This document shows, piece by piece, positions 40,119 through 50,989 of a stretch of 64,000 nucleotides of DNA. Origin of the DNA: an uncultured bacterium. Lineage in GTDB: Bacteria > Auribacterota > Erginobacteria > Erginobacterales > Erginobacteraceae. The position numbers and the translations under genes are program-made. Below the pieces are notes generated by a model. That model was not told the DNA's origin, did not search any database, and worked only from the letters and a program-made list of their open reading frames with translations. Position 1 is the stretch's first letter. Every line of letters starts with the position of its first letter. The stretch covers positions 1-64,000 of the forward strand of contig CAWGIE010000031.1 in assembly GCA_963822585.1 (NCBI GenBank). Direction: 5' to 3'.

Positions 40119-41275
40119 ATTTCTTTCTTCCCCGCGAGTTCCCGCAGATACTTCAGGAACCTCCCGGCGATCTCATCCCATCCAACAAAACTTTCCTCCA
40201 GCCGCTTCCTCCCGTCCTCAACCAGGGAGTCGGCCAGCCGAGGATCGTTCCGGAGACGGCTGATCGTAGCCATGATGGAATCGGCCTTCCAAGGGTCAAA
40301 GTAACAAGCTGCCGCGCCGCAGACCTCGTGAGCGAAATCCAGGTCGCTGGTGAGGATCGGCACCCCGAAATGCATCGCTTCCAAATAGCTAACACTGAAT
40401 GATTCCATTAGCGTGGGCATCAAGAGGGCGTCCATCCGAAGGTAATAATCGGCCAGTTCCGACTGCGGAATAGGTCCAAGGTTAATAATTGATCCATCCA
40501 ATTTTTTTCGTCGGATAGAGGCCAGAAGCTTTTTTACTGCCGGATGTTGATCTTCCGACACGGTAATAAATAAAACAACCTGTTTTAATTCCTTCCGGAA
40601 ACGGTCGAAAAGATCGACCAGCATTTCGATATTCTTATGAGAGTAGTATTTTGTGAGATAAAAAAGCTTAAAATAATCGGAAAATGGTTTCAACATTTCC
40701 GGAGGGATTTCATCCGGACCATCACCCCGGATGAATTCCGAAACGGCATTGGAGAGAGTAACACATTTACCATGATAACCATAAAGCCGGCGGATTCGAT
40801 CTTTCACCGTGCGGGTCTGAGTAAAAAGTAGACCGGTTCGTTTGAGGTCACCCGAGAAGACTTTACGACGGAGATAATTATCAAGCAACTCTCCCGCGGT
40901 AACGGTCGGGCCAAAGTTTCGTCGGGGATATATTAAACACGGATTATTAAAGAAAATCGCCTGGGGGAAATGAGTCCTTCCATGATACCCGAGGCTCCCT
41001 AAACCCACAACAACATCTGGCTGGAATCGACTCAAGACTTCCGGCAATAAATATCGATCAAAGCGCCACCGTTGGAGCCTGGTGCGTTCTTTCGGAAGAG
41101 AAATGAACTCGCCGTGCGGCAGAGAGCGGCAGGCCGTTTCGTAACCGAGCCCACCTGGGATAGTAACCAGATAATTCTCCCCCGGAGCGATCCTCCCCAG
41201 GCCGGCAATAAGATTTTTGCCCCGGAACATCCCACCGCCTACCCGAAGGGCATGTGCCAATAACGCGATTCTCAT
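40115..41275 (-). CDS. Glycosyltransferase family 4
   Basis: HKN, ESFSVSYLEAM..GVPILTSD; start trimmed to MRIALL. Confidence 0.9.
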   Translation of the reverse strand: MRIALLAHALRVGGGMFRGKNLIAGLGRIAPGENYLVTIPGGLGYETACRSLPHGEFISLPKERTRLQRWRFDRYLLPEVLSRFQPDVVVGLGSLGYHGRTHFPQAIFFNNPCLIYPRRNFGPTVTAGELLDNYLRRKVFSGDLKRTGLLFTQTRTVKDRIRRLYGYHGKCVTLSNAVSEFIRGDGPDEIPPEMLKPFSDYFKLFYLTKYYSHKNIEMLVDLFDRFRKELKQVVLFITVSEDQHPAVKKLLASIRRKKLDGSIINLGPIPQSELADYYLRMDALLMPTLMESFSVSYLEAMHFGVPILTSDLDFAHEVCGAAACYFDPWKADSIMATISRLRNDPRLADSLVEDGRKRLEESFVGWDEIAGRFLKYLRELAGKKEM

Positions 41276-41395
41276 TTTAATTCTCTTCCAATAAATATTA
41301 TCCCGTAAATAACCGCCGATTAATATAATATAACTATTATAATTGACCATGTATTGCTGATAGTAACAGCAACATTCTGTTCAAATTAAACCGAT

Positions 41396-42526
41396 CTATT
41401 TATAAATCCGGCCAGTAATCATGTCCCGATAAATTTTCTCGTATCGTTTGACCATTACTTTTACTGTCCAAGATTGTGCCTTCTCCTTCGCGGCCAACGC
41501 TCTATTACGATTGGCCTCAAGAGCTTGGCTAGAGAGTAGAGAAGACAGTTTGTTCCAGATCTCTTTTTTGTCTTGCGGATTGACCAAGCAACCAGTTGTC
41601 TCATCCATGATCTCCCGGTGAGCGGGGATATCCGAGACCAGAATAGGGCAGCCACAGGCCATTGCTTCCATCACTGTGTTCGGCATCCCTTCGTAATCGC
41701 TCAGGCTGACGAATAGATCTGCGCTCTTCATCATCGCCCAGATGGTTTCTGGCGTTACCATTCCGGCAAATCGAACCCGGTCTTCAACTTTGAGCCTCCG
41801 GACCTGAGCTTGAAGTTCATTTAACTCCTCCCCTTCGCCACAGATAAAAACAACCGGATTCAGCTCCGGGTCAAGCTTAGCTATGGCGGCAATAATTCGG
41901 TCAACCCGTTTCAGCCGGCGAAGTCTTCCGGCGTAAAGTACAAATTTTTGATTTTTCTCTATCCCCAACTCCCGGCGGCTGATAGGTTGCGCCCGATTGA
42001 TCTCCGGGAAAGGGAGACCATTGGAAACAACGTATTGTCGCTTATCCGGGTAAAGAAAGCGCCAGTATTCAGCCCCGCCGGCGGAGTTGGAGACAACGGC
42101 GGCAGCTTTAGCTCCCATCCGGGCGCGCAGCTTTGCTTTCCAGCCGGAGCGGTACGCTTCGCCACAACTGGGATCGCGGATTATCCACGAGCGGGCGTTG
42201 AGAATCGCCGCAATTCCGCCCAGAATATCCGTCTGGGGATTCCAGGTATGGATAATATCCGGTCGTACTTCGCGTATCAGCCGGTAGATCTGGATGATGA
42301 GACGGGGATCGTAGTTACTCCAGCCTCCCAGACGCTCAAGCTGGATATTTCGATTCCAGATCCCAGGTGGATTTTCTTTATCCTGAAGTGTGGCAACGAT
42401 AACCTCATGACCAAGTTCCATCAGACCATGAGAGAGATAACATAGTTGCCGCTCCGATCCGCCTGATTTAAGACGGGGAATTATCATCATAATCCGCAAG
42501 TTTATGGAATCTTGAATTTTCGACAT
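41396..42526 (-). CDS. Glycosyltransferase family 4
   Basis: GGSERQL, AGRL...K, EGMPNTVMEAMACG. Confidence 0.92.
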   Translation of the reverse strand: MSKIQDSINLRIMMIIPRLKSGGSERQLCYLSHGLMELGHEVIVATLQDKENPPGIWNRNIQLERLGGWSNYDPRLIIQIYRLIREVRPDIIHTWNPQTDILGGIAAILNARSWIIRDPSCGEAYRSGWKAKLRARMGAKAAAVVSNSAGGAEYWRFLYPDKRQYVVSNGLPFPEINRAQPISRRELGIEKNQKFVLYAGRLRRLKRVDRIIAAIAKLDPELNPVVFICGEGEELNELQAQVRRLKVEDRVRFAGMVTPETIWAMMKSADLFVSLSDYEGMPNTVMEAMACGCPILVSDIPAHREIMDETTGCLVNPQDKKEIWNKLSSLLSSQALEANRNRALAAKEKAQSWTVKVMVKRYEKIYRDMITGRIYK

Positions 42527-42707
42527 TGGAATCTATCTATTACCTGCCGCCATTTAAGTTCCAGGATATAGCAACCGGGTAAACATTCGGTAAACCCGTT
42601 GTCTTATGCTTCATACCGATTAATAGGTGCTTCCTCAGATACTGTAGCTGAGGTCGATGACCTCGGCTCTGTCTTCCGCGGTCAACGACCGCGGCTACAA
42701 CACCATG

Positions 42708-44024
42708 CTACAAGCACATGGTTACTGGGTTTACCGGATGTTTCCGCAACCGGTAGGACTGGACGAAGGCGACACAACCCAGTCCTATCCAGAGTGTCCT
42801 TTCTCCCAGAATCCCCCCGGTCAATCCGTAAAAAACGAAGACAGACATAAGACCCAGCATTACCGCGTTCCCTATCCCCTCGGGTTCTGAAGACGCGAGC
42901 CTCCATCCCCGTTCCATTAACTTCCAGATTGACGCCAGAAAAAGCACTAATCCGATAATCCCAAACTCCACCAGTATCTGAAAATACATCTGATGAGGGA
43001 CCAAAGGCTTAACTGAATCAAAAGTATATGTATCCCGGATCGCCTCAATCGATCGACCAAGTCCAAGACCGGTAAAAACATAACGATCCCCTTCTCGGAT
43101 ATAGTCAGACCATATCTCCCGACGCAGCGACCATTTGCTCTTTTTAACATTCTCCACCGACAACCTCCCCGACATCGTTTTGAATATAGAACCGGGAAGA
43201 AACGCCGCAGAGGCAATGAGAAGAAAGATAATCGCCATCGCCCAGCGGAATTTCTTAATCAAGGGAAGATAGAATGTAACAACTATACCCCCGCAAGCGA
43301 AAGCAACCAATGTATTGCGGGAGACCGCAGCCAACATTCCATAAACTCCCACCAGGAGACAAATAACACTTAATCCTTTTTTCCTCAAACCGATTCCGGA
43401 CTGGAGGAAAACAGATAGATTCAGGAAAAAGCATAACAGCCCCGCCAACCCCAGTGAGTTCGGGTTAAGAAATCCCCCGGTAGCTCGGGTAAAGTCCTGG
43501 ATCGCGTCAATGGTCCTATGACCTCCCAGAAGAACAGAGCCTACGTAGCCCAGACCATAGGCGAGAGAAAAGAGAACAAATTCCTCCCGGTTTTTTAAAA
43601 GAGAACTGAGAGCATAAGCAAAGAGAACAAAGAGAAAAATACGCGCCACCGCGATTCCACGTGTGCCGCCGGCAAGATAATAACCGGCCTGGGTATATAA
43701 AACTCCGGTATACTCGAAAGTAAACTCACCGGGATGGAAAAAAAGATAGCAAACAGCGGTATGAACCAGCATGAAGAAGACGAAAAGATTATAGGGAAGA
43801 GGAAAAGGTCGAATTCTTTGCCTGCCTAATATTAACCAGTAAATGACTAAAGCCGCGGCGAAGACGGGAAAGAGCTTGGAAAGATTGAAATCAGAGACCT
43901 TCTGCAAACCCGGTCCCCAGGAAGCAAAAAATCCCGCACCGAGGAGAAGAAAGACCCGGATCGGCGCGGGCTCCCAGGTTCCCGCTTCTGTTTCTTTGAA
44001 TCCATTTTCAATCTTGGAAGCCAT
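42708..44024 (-). CDS. O-antigen ligase/polymerase (Wzy_C) family membrane protein
   Basis: RATGGFLNPNSLG, SR, GLGLG, PHQMYFQILVEFGIIG. Confidence 0.85.
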   Translation of the reverse strand: MASKIENGFKETEAGTWEPAPIRVFLLLGAGFFASWGPGLQKVSDFNLSKLFPVFAAALVIYWLILGRQRIRPFPLPYNLFVFFMLVHTAVCYLFFHPGEFTFEYTGVLYTQAGYYLAGGTRGIAVARIFLFVLFAYALSSLLKNREEFVLFSLAYGLGYVGSVLLGGHRTIDAIQDFTRATGGFLNPNSLGLAGLLCFFLNLSVFLQSGIGLRKKGLSVICLLVGVYGMLAAVSRNTLVAFACGGIVVTFYLPLIKKFRWAMAIIFLLIASAAFLPGSIFKTMSGRLSVENVKKSKWSLRREIWSDYIREGDRYVFTGLGLGRSIEAIRDTYTFDSVKPLVPHQMYFQILVEFGIIGLVLFLASIWKLMERGWRLASSEPEGIGNAVMLGLMSVFVFYGLTGGILGERTLWIGLGCVAFVQSYRLRKHPVNPVTMCL

Positions 44025-44329
44025 CTTAATCTATTTTGGATTTTTCACCTTTACTTTAATCTGTAATAGGAATCCGTTCAAATCTTGGTTTTGCAACTGG
44101 GGGAGCGGCTTCCAGCCGTGATTATCTGGGCAAGACCCGTAAAGTGATTCTATCTCCTCAGGTTAAAATGCTCATCCCACAGATATTTTTAAAAATTCCA
44201 AAGCCGGAACTTAGCCCTCGCTAGGGGCAACTTTTCATCTTAGGAAAGCAGGAAATTAGGAAAATTTTACTTGTTTATCCTCATGCATTCCTGATTTCCT
44301 AAGATTTATTGAAATTCCAAAGCAGCAAG

Positions 44330-45385
44330 TTAATAGTCCAATTCCGGCATTTTCAGGCCGGGCAGCCCCAAGGCATCCACCAAATGGAGATACTCAGGCC
44401 AGAAATGACCCTGGTGCCAGTTCAGGCAGGGATCAAAATATCCCGGGCAGTTAAAAATCGCTCGAGGTTGAAATGTGTAACTGATCTCGCAGAAGACGGG
44501 CTCATTCTCCGGCGTGAATAGGAAGTCGTAGGACATCGACTGAAACTTCAACTCCCGGGAAACTTTAAAAGCAATCTCCACACAGCGAAGATCGACCTTC
44601 CCCAGGTCATAATCAATCATCCCGCTTCCGGAAGCACGAAAATCATCCGCCCGGGTTAAGCGACGGAAGATAAAGGCCCTATCGCCGATTACGGTTACAC
44701 GGGTATCAAATTTATTTCCCGGAAGAAATTTTTGAAAAAGTATATAATTTTTATGAACCTGCCAGAAGGGCGAGACATCATAGCCTTTCCATCGTCGATA
44801 AAAATTTCCTCCCAGGTGATGCAGTTCGCGATAGAAGCTGAAGTGCCGGAAACGGATACTTCCGGGATGAAAGAACTTTTCCGGGTATATGCCTCGCCCG
44901 AACATTCTTTCGATCAACTTAAAAGCCCGGCGCCTGGTTTTAACAAGAATAACATTCTGAGAACCGGCACCGCCGCGGAGTTTAAAGACCAGGGGATAAT
45001 CCGCCTTTTTGGCCCATTCGCACGCTTTCTCCCGTTGCCAGAATATATAAGTCTGAACAATCGGAAAACCCAGCGGCTTGAGAAGAAGGTATTGCCTGAC
45101 TTTGTCGTCGTAGTGCCAGCAAGTATTCTGATCGGGGAAACACTTAATTTGCAGTTTTCCTTCAATTACGGGTAAGAGGTCACGGGCGATCTGACGATCG
45201 GAATCCACCTGGCTCCAACGAAGAATAAAGAGATCAAGCGCTTGGACTTTTTTCCAGAAGTTGGGGTCTTCCGCTTCCAGAAGGAGAAACCGGATCTTGT
45301 TATACGCAAGAATTTCCTCGTAAGCCCTGTTTACGGCAAGATATTTGCCGTTATGATCTACAGTTTTATAAATACCTACTTGCAT
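44330..45385 (-). CDS. ATP-grasp (RimK-like) ligase
   Basis: DDKVRQ, YPLVFKLRGGAGSQNV, FQKFLPG..FDTRV, DFRASGSG, CEIS. Confidence 0.82.
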   Translation of the reverse strand: MQVGIYKTVDHNGKYLAVNRAYEEILAYNKIRFLLLEAEDPNFWKKVQALDLFILRWSQVDSDRQIARDLLPVIEGKLQIKCFPDQNTCWHYDDKVRQYLLLKPLGFPIVQTYIFWQREKACEWAKKADYPLVFKLRGGAGSQNVILVKTRRRAFKLIERMFGRGIYPEKFFHPGSIRFRHFSFYRELHHLGGNFYRRWKGYDVSPFWQVHKNYILFQKFLPGNKFDTRVTVIGDRAFIFRRLTRADDFRASGSGMIDYDLGKVDLRCVEIAFKVSRELKFQSMSYDFLFTPENEPVFCEISYTFQPRAIFNCPGYFDPCLNWHQGHFWPEYLHLVDALGLPGLKMPELDY

Positions 45386-45488
45386 TCTTATTCTCTTTTA
45401 CTTTTGGACTTAGTTTCTCAACTCTTTTTGCCACAAAGGCACTAAGGCACAAAGAAAAAAATTAATGGTCCAAAAACTGCGCTTCTTC

Positions 45489-46637
45489 TTATTGTCTTAG
45501 TGTCTTTGTGGCTGATTTACTCTTCAGGATTGTTATCAAAGCTTCCCGATGGGACTCGCACCGGATGTAATTTAGCTGTTTACAGTAAGATCGACTCGAT
45601 CGGAAGATCCGGGGGAACCCGAGCTTATTATTGACCCTGCTGAGGAAATTTCCGTATCCCTGGAGACCGTTGAGGTACTGGACCTCCATCTTCCGGCAGT
45701 ACTCATCCCACCGGCCCCGGAGTGCGTTATCATCATTTAATACTCCCGATCGTTCAGCGATTTCAGACAGGAAAGCCTTTACCTCTTCCTTCCCTATCCT
45801 GCGTACACCGGGAATCGGTGGAGACTGGACATGAGGAACCAGCTCCAGTCTGGCTTTTCCAGGCACCTCAACATCAATGACCACTAAAAAACCCCGGTTC
45901 CAATCCGGAGAGGAGACAGGAAGATCAAAGAGGAGGTTCCCCTGCCCGTAAATCAGGAAAGAGCCTCGGTAATCTTCCCAGCATCCGGGGCAGTGGGTGT
46001 GCTGGCAGATAACGGCGTTTGCCCCGCTTTCGGCCAGGAAGCGGCAGATCTCCCGCAGTCGCGGCGGAGGGAATGGATAATGCTCCGCTCCCGCGTGGAG
46101 GAGAACTACCAGGTAATCCCATTCTCCGGAGTGAATCTTCAGATCTCGGAGAAAGTTAACCAGGTCGAGAGGATTTGCTCCGGGCGAAGATTCACCCGCT
46201 ATCGAGAACTCGTGCTCTGCCATTCCGGCAAACGCGATCTTTATACCGTCAAACTTCAAAACCTGGATTTCTCGAGCCGCCGCTACGTCTATACCGGCTC
46301 CGATGGTGGAAATCCCATGAGAACGGCATGCCTCCCGAGTACTTTTCAGACCACAGGCTCCATGATCCATTATGTGATTGTTGGCGAGATTCAGGATATT
46401 AATCCCTGCTTCTTTCAAACCTGAAATAACCCCGGTCGGCACTCCCAGAACAGGGCCGATCTTGGAGATCGGAGTCTCTTTTTCGATCAATGGAACTTCC
46501 AGATTAATCACGGAGCAGTCCGCCTCCCTGAAGACCGGGAGAAGATCATGAAAGAGCGCTTCAGCGTCTCCCCGAAGAGAAGGAGCCTCGTTAACTCCAA
46601 TCGGACAAAAATCTCCACCGATTACTATCTTAATCAT
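45489..46637 (-). CDS. CapA/PGA_cap family metallophosphoesterase-like protein
   Basis: GGD, NLE.P, LANNHIMDHG, H.G.E, HTH, YGQGNL.F. Confidence 0.88.
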   Translation of the reverse strand: MIKIVIGGDFCPIGVNEAPSLRGDAEALFHDLLPVFREADCSVINLEVPLIEKETPISKIGPVLGVPTGVISGLKEAGINILNLANNHIMDHGACGLKSTREACRSHGISTIGAGIDVAAAREIQVLKFDGIKIAFAGMAEHEFSIAGESSPGANPLDLVNFLRDLKIHSGEWDYLVVLLHAGAEHYPFPPPRLREICRFLAESGANAVICQHTHCPGCWEDYRGSFLIYGQGNLLFDLPVSSPDWNRGFLVVIDVEVPGKARLELVPHVQSPPIPGVRRIGKEEVKAFLSEIAERSGVLNDDNALRGRWDEYCRKMEVQYLNGLQGYGNFLSRVNNKLGFPRIFRSSRSYCKQLNYIRCESHREALITILKSKSATKTLRQ

Positions 46638-46796
46638 AGGTAAACCTGTTGGTTCAGGAGGCTGTTAAAAAAACTGAATATTGAACATCCTACTTCAAAC
46701 ATCGCATCTATCAACTGTCACCTGTCAACTTACCTTCCCCGTAAACCGTCTTTCCTGTCAACTATCAACCGTCAACCGTCAACTTTCCTTCCCCCG

Positions 46797-47534
46797 TCAA
46801 CCATCAACTTTCTTACAGACATAGATCAGATTCTGACCGAGATACGTGAGAAACCTTAATCGGGAGAGGAAAAACTCCGTCCTCCGCAATAATTTACGCG
46901 GCAGCAGAAGACGGCTCTCTGTGGCCGGGAGGACCCCGAAATGAAAAACATCTCTAACGGCAAGGCCGTTCATCGATATCAGCCGTATCGTCTCCTCGGG
47001 GGACATTCCCTTAAAACCCTTCCGGCCGCCGGTCCGGGCCAGGCGATTACGGAAACTTGCCGTATTTTTGTGGTTATTGAAGACCAGTATCCCCCCGGGG
47101 GCGAAGTGCCGGGTAATCACCTCCATGGCTTTCTCTCTCAGTTTTACCTGAGCATTCGGGAAAAAACGAAAGGCGGTGATAAGGTCAAAAACCCGGTCTC
47201 CCAGCACATCTTCTCGCGTCAGATCGGCTTCGATGATCTCTGCCCCGGTGACCGTCTCCCGCGCCACCTCCAGCATTGAAGGTGAGAGGTCAACCCCGAC
47301 CGATACCCCCACCCGATTGGCCAGATATTTTAGAACCCTGCCTGTTCCGCAGGCAAAGTCCAAATGTCGAAACGCATTTCTTCGCTCGTGCCCGGCTAGA
47401 ATCCGATCAAGTACGCCCCGTTCATGTTCCCAGACAAGAGAACGATAGGGTTGGTCCGAAAATTGGTGGTGATACGACCGGCCTTTGCCGGGGACCAGGT
47501 GGCTAAGCCGGTAATCTGACTTAATATCATTCAT
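46797..47534 (-). CDS. Class I SAM-dependent methyltransferase
   Basis: LDFACGTG, GVDLSPSML, FDLI, PGG. Confidence 0.9.
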   Translation of the reverse strand: MNDIKSDYRLSHLVPGKGRSYHHQFSDQPYRSLVWEHERGVLDRILAGHERRNAFRHLDFACGTGRVLKYLANRVGVSVGVDLSPSMLEVARETVTGAEIIEADLTREDVLGDRVFDLITAFRFFPNAQVKLREKAMEVITRHFAPGGILVFNNHKNTASFRNRLARTGGRKGFKGMSPEETIRLISMNGLAVRDVFHFGVLPATESRLLLPRKLLRRTEFFLSRLRFLTYLGQNLIYVCKKVDG

Positions 47535-48310
47535 CAGTAAGTTAATCTCCCAAGCCGCAGTTCATTGATAAAGATTCGCGCCAGGCGGTGACTGAGAAAG
47601 AGAAGAGGCCGTTCGCGTCGATTGGCATTCGCTCTTCGGAGGGGGCGCTTGAATGAGAAGAAACGGTCAGCGTAATCGGCAAGAACAGCGGCCCGGGGCG
47701 CATCCGGGGAAGCCCGATAATAGCCCCCCAGGAAAGAACGGGCAACCGAGATCGGTTCCCGGGCCAGGAGATGATGGAGGGTGGGACGGTAAAACAGATT
47801 GTTGATGAACCAGAGCAGGTCAAAACAGGGAGTCCCCCAGGTCGCCCGGCCGCCGTGAACACCCGTCATCTGCCAGTCGATAATGACGAGACGCCCCTCT
47901 TTATCCCGGCATATATTGTAAACGCTGAAGTCCCCGTGCAGAAAGACCTCCCGGCCAGGCAGGACCAGCGGCCTCGGGAGAGGTTCCACCATATCCTCCG
48001 GGAGGATGAGTTCTCTATGAATAACGGCGAGAGCTTCTCCGAGGAGCGTTGCAGCCTCCCGATAAGCCGGGCCGAAGGCGAAGGCCTCCCGGTAGGGAAT
48101 GAGGCCGTCGATCTTTTCGAAGACCGTCACCCCCCGGTCCGGATCAAACTCAATCACCCGGGGAACCCGGAAGAGTCCGCTATCCCGTCCGATCATCCCC
48201 CCCCGCCGGGTCTTTTCCACCTCTACCCGGACAAGACCCGGTTCCCCGGTTTTAATCACTGTATCATGGTTGATTGTTACCGAGTCTGTCGTCAAGCCTG
48301 TCCCCCCCAT
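47534..48310 (-). CDS. APH/choline kinase-like phosphotransferase
   Basis: LAVIH, HGDFSVYNI, IIDW. Confidence 0.8.
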   Translation of the reverse strand: MGGTGLTTDSVTINHDTVIKTGEPGLVRVEVEKTRRGGMIGRDSGLFRVPRVIEFDPDRGVTVFEKIDGLIPYREAFAFGPAYREAATLLGEALAVIHRELILPEDMVEPLPRPLVLPGREVFLHGDFSVYNICRDKEGRLVIIDWQMTGVHGGRATWGTPCFDLLWFINNLFYRPTLHHLLAREPISVARSFLGGYYRASPDAPRAAVLADYADRFFSFKRPLRRANANRRERPLLFLSHRLARIFINELRLGRLTY

Positions 48311-49599
48311 TTTCTGCGTTTAAAAAGAGTGAACATATAGCTGATATCCTGCCGCCGCGGAACCAATATCTCACTAAAATTAAGACCGCTCAAGCGGGAG
48401 AACCAGAACAGCAGAACAACAGCACCCGACAGGTATCCCGCGGTCACCGCGACCGCCGCGCCGGGGAGGCCCATAAACGGAAGAAGAAGCAGCAGCAACC
48501 CCAGGTTGACGATCATCCCGGTCCCGACGCCGATCGACGCGATGCCGGGGTGGTCGGTTCCGATCAGGTAGGGGACAAAGACCTTGGAGACAGACCGCAC
48601 TAACACTCCGATACTGATGATCCGGATCAGCGGGACCACCGGCAGGAAGGCGGGAGAGAAAACGATTCCCACCAGCGGCCGGGCGAAGACGACAAGCAGG
48701 AGAAGCCCGGCTCCGCAGATCAGTCCGGTCAGGCGGGCGCTCCTGGCTACCAGACTCTTTTCCCCCTCCCGGTCCCGGGCGGACCGCGGGATCAGAACAA
48801 GAGTAAGAGTATCGGGGATAATCAGCACCTGGATGGTGACCTGCATGGCGACGGCGAAAAAGGCTATCTCTTCCCGGGTGGCGAAGAGAGCGAGAATCAG
48901 GGTGCCGAACTGAATGTTTGCCATGTTGCTGATCTTGGCAACGTAATATCGGACCCCGTAATGCAGCATCTCCTTGATCTGGACAAGGGAGGGGCGTCGC
49001 AGCAGAGCGCCGTCCTTTTTGCGGAAAAGGATGAGCGTTATGGCAATGGTGATACTCCCGGTTGCCAGAATCGCGCCCAGGGCCCCGTTTACTCCCCCAT
49101 CCAGAACCCTGACAAAGAAAAACACAAAAATGAGCTGAGCGACACCCTGCATGACCGATACCAGCGCGTATTGTGAATAACGCCGGACGGCGGTCAGGAG
49201 TTTGAGCAAGACGAGAGAGAAGAGATTGACCGGGATCAGAATAAGAGCAAGATGAAAGGAAGCGGGAGAAGCTTTCTCCAGGAACGGGAGCCCGGTGTAG
49301 AGCAGCCCAAAACCGGCGAGCATGGCTGCCGCCGATCCCAGTCCTCCATAGATAAGGATATTGGTTATTCCTTGCGAAACGTCGAACCTGCGAGAGGCGA
49401 CAAAATAGATGCCGGCCACATCACACCCCACCACAAAGATGGTGGTAAGTAAGGCCGAGTACATGAGGCAAACGGCATACGACCCACGTCCCGCCGGCCC
49501 CAGAAACCAGGCCAGACAACTCTGCATCCCGAGGGAAGTGACTATGGTAGCCGCCCGCGCCGCGAATGTAAATGAAAAGTCATGAAGGCCGTTCTTCAA
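48292..49599 (-). CDS. Wzx-type polysaccharide flippase
   Basis: About 12 TM segments; LGPAGRG.YA, GVNGA, GLPGAAVA. Confidence 0.85.
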   Translation of the reverse strand: MKNGLHDFSFTFAARAATIVTSLGMQSCLAWFLGPAGRGSYAVCLMYSALLTTIFVVGCDVAGIYFVASRRFDVSQGITNILIYGGLGSAAAMLAGFGLLYTGLPFLEKASPASFHLALILIPVNLFSLVLLKLLTAVRRYSQYALVSVMQGVAQLIFVFFFVRVLDGGVNGALGAILATGSITIAITLILFRKKDGALLRRPSLVQIKEMLHYGVRYYVAKISNMANIQFGTLILALFATREEIAFFAVAMQVTIQVLIIPDTLTLVLIPRSARDREGEKSLVARSARLTGLICGAGLLLLVVFARPLVGIVFSPAFLPVVPLIRIISIGVLVRSVSKVFVPYLIGTDHPGIASIGVGTGMIVNLGLLLLLLPFMGLPGAAVAVTAGYLSGAVVLLFWFSRLSGLNFSEILVPRRQDISYMFTLFKRRKWGGQA

Positions 49600-49618
49600 A
49601 ATAGGTTAATGACCCGAC

Positions 49619-50881
49619 TCACATTTCCGCCGGTTTCGATTCCCCCGGATCCGCCTGCCATCCGAGATAAACTCTTTTCCCATGGGCCTTCCGGTTCTTT
49701 CGATCACTAAGATGGATATACATCTCATATGGGATGGGCTGAGCCTCGACTTCTTCCGAGATGAGCACGAATCCGCCGCTGTGCCAATCTCCGGTGGGGG
49801 GGAAGGGAGGGAATGACCATCTCTCGCTCTTCTTCCCTTGTTCCCGTCGCTTTTTAGATATAAATTCACGATGGTTCTCGTCTGCTATGCCTACGAGGGT
49901 GATCAGACAATCCGTCTCGATGGGCCGGTTGACCCGGAAGAGGCAATCAACCCGGTAGCGATTCACCCCGATTTGGTTGTAGTCGAAGGCGACGAGATCA
50001 GCTTCCGGGCAGATCGCGCCCAGGAGAGGATGCTCTTTGAGCAGTTCGGCGGCTTTCTTCTTGAAAGCGTTCCGGGCAGCGGGAATATTCTGGCAATCTC
50101 CTTCCAGGCGATAGAGATCGATCAGATGATCGGCCTGCCGGATGCGGTCGAGAAGGCTGCTCTCCTCCAGCCCGGACCGCCAGCCAAGGGGGACCATTTT
50201 TCCGTAAATCGCCGGCTTGCGGGCCGGATTATATAAATACATCGACATCTCATACGGGATGGCGGCTGACGGGAACGTCTGGGAAAAGAGCAGGTACTGA
50301 CCGGGGACCCAGGCCGAGGAGGACGGCGACGGCCTGAACTTCCAGACCTCGCTTTTTTCCCCGGCCTGGCGCCGTTTTGCCGAGAGTCGATCGCGATATT
50401 CCGGTGCGGTCACCCCGATCAAACCGATCTGAAGGTCGCTCGGTAGCCTTCGGTTGATCTTCAGAAGGTAATCGGCGCGGTACCGATCGAGACCTACCCT
50501 CCGGTAATCGAAAGCGATGAGCTCGACCTCTTCGCAGGGATCGGTGAGAGGAGGCTGCTCCGATAGGAGTTCTCCCCAGCGTTTCTCCAATGCGTCTTTG
50601 ACCGCCACGAATCCCTCCCCCTTCCGGAGGTATTTTTCCTTCATCCGGTAGAGAGTAATGAGATCATTGACGGCCCCGATGCCAGCAACCGAGGCCTCGT
50701 CAGCCAAAGAGACATCGCTCCGGATAGCAGGGGATTCGGTTGTCTCTTCAGGAGTTCGTGAACAGGCGCTTGAGCTTACGAATAGGGCGATCCCCGATAG
50801 TAAAAATCCTGTTCTCCCGCGAAAAACGATTCGGCGATACACATCACACCTCTCACAAAATGAATGAACCGGCTTGTACAC
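49619..50881 (-). CDS. Hypothetical lipoprotein with a duplicated domain
   Basis: SAC lipobox-like site; two copies of C.E..L.AFDY...G..RYR.D.L...K..E.W.F.P.P....W..G......PIPYEM. Confidence 0.62.
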   Translation of the reverse strand: MYKPVHSFCERCDVYRRIVFRGRTGFLLSGIALFVSSSACSRTPEETTESPAIRSDVSLADEASVAGIGAVNDLITLYRMKEKYLRKGEGFVAVKDALEKRWGELLSEQPPLTDPCEEVELIAFDYRRVGLDRYRADYLLKINRRLPSDLQIGLIGVTAPEYRDRLSAKRRQAGEKSEVWKFRPSPSSSAWVPGQYLLFSQTFPSAAIPYEMSMYLYNPARKPAIYGKMVPLGWRSGLEESSLLDRIRQADHLIDLYRLEGDCQNIPAARNAFKKKAAELLKEHPLLGAICPEADLVAFDYNQIGVNRYRVDCLFRVNRPIETDCLITLVGIADENHREFISKKRREQGKKSERWSFPPFPPTGDWHSGGFVLISEEVEAQPIPYEMYIHLSDRKNRKAHGKRVYLGWQADPGESKPAEM

Positions 50882-50989
50882 ATGTTCTCAGAAGGAGAAT
50901 TGCCTGTACTGTATACAAACCCCCGGTGTGAGTCAATCATCCTCTCCCCGCGGCGGCAACGGGGATGGGCGACCCGTACTGCAGCGCGC

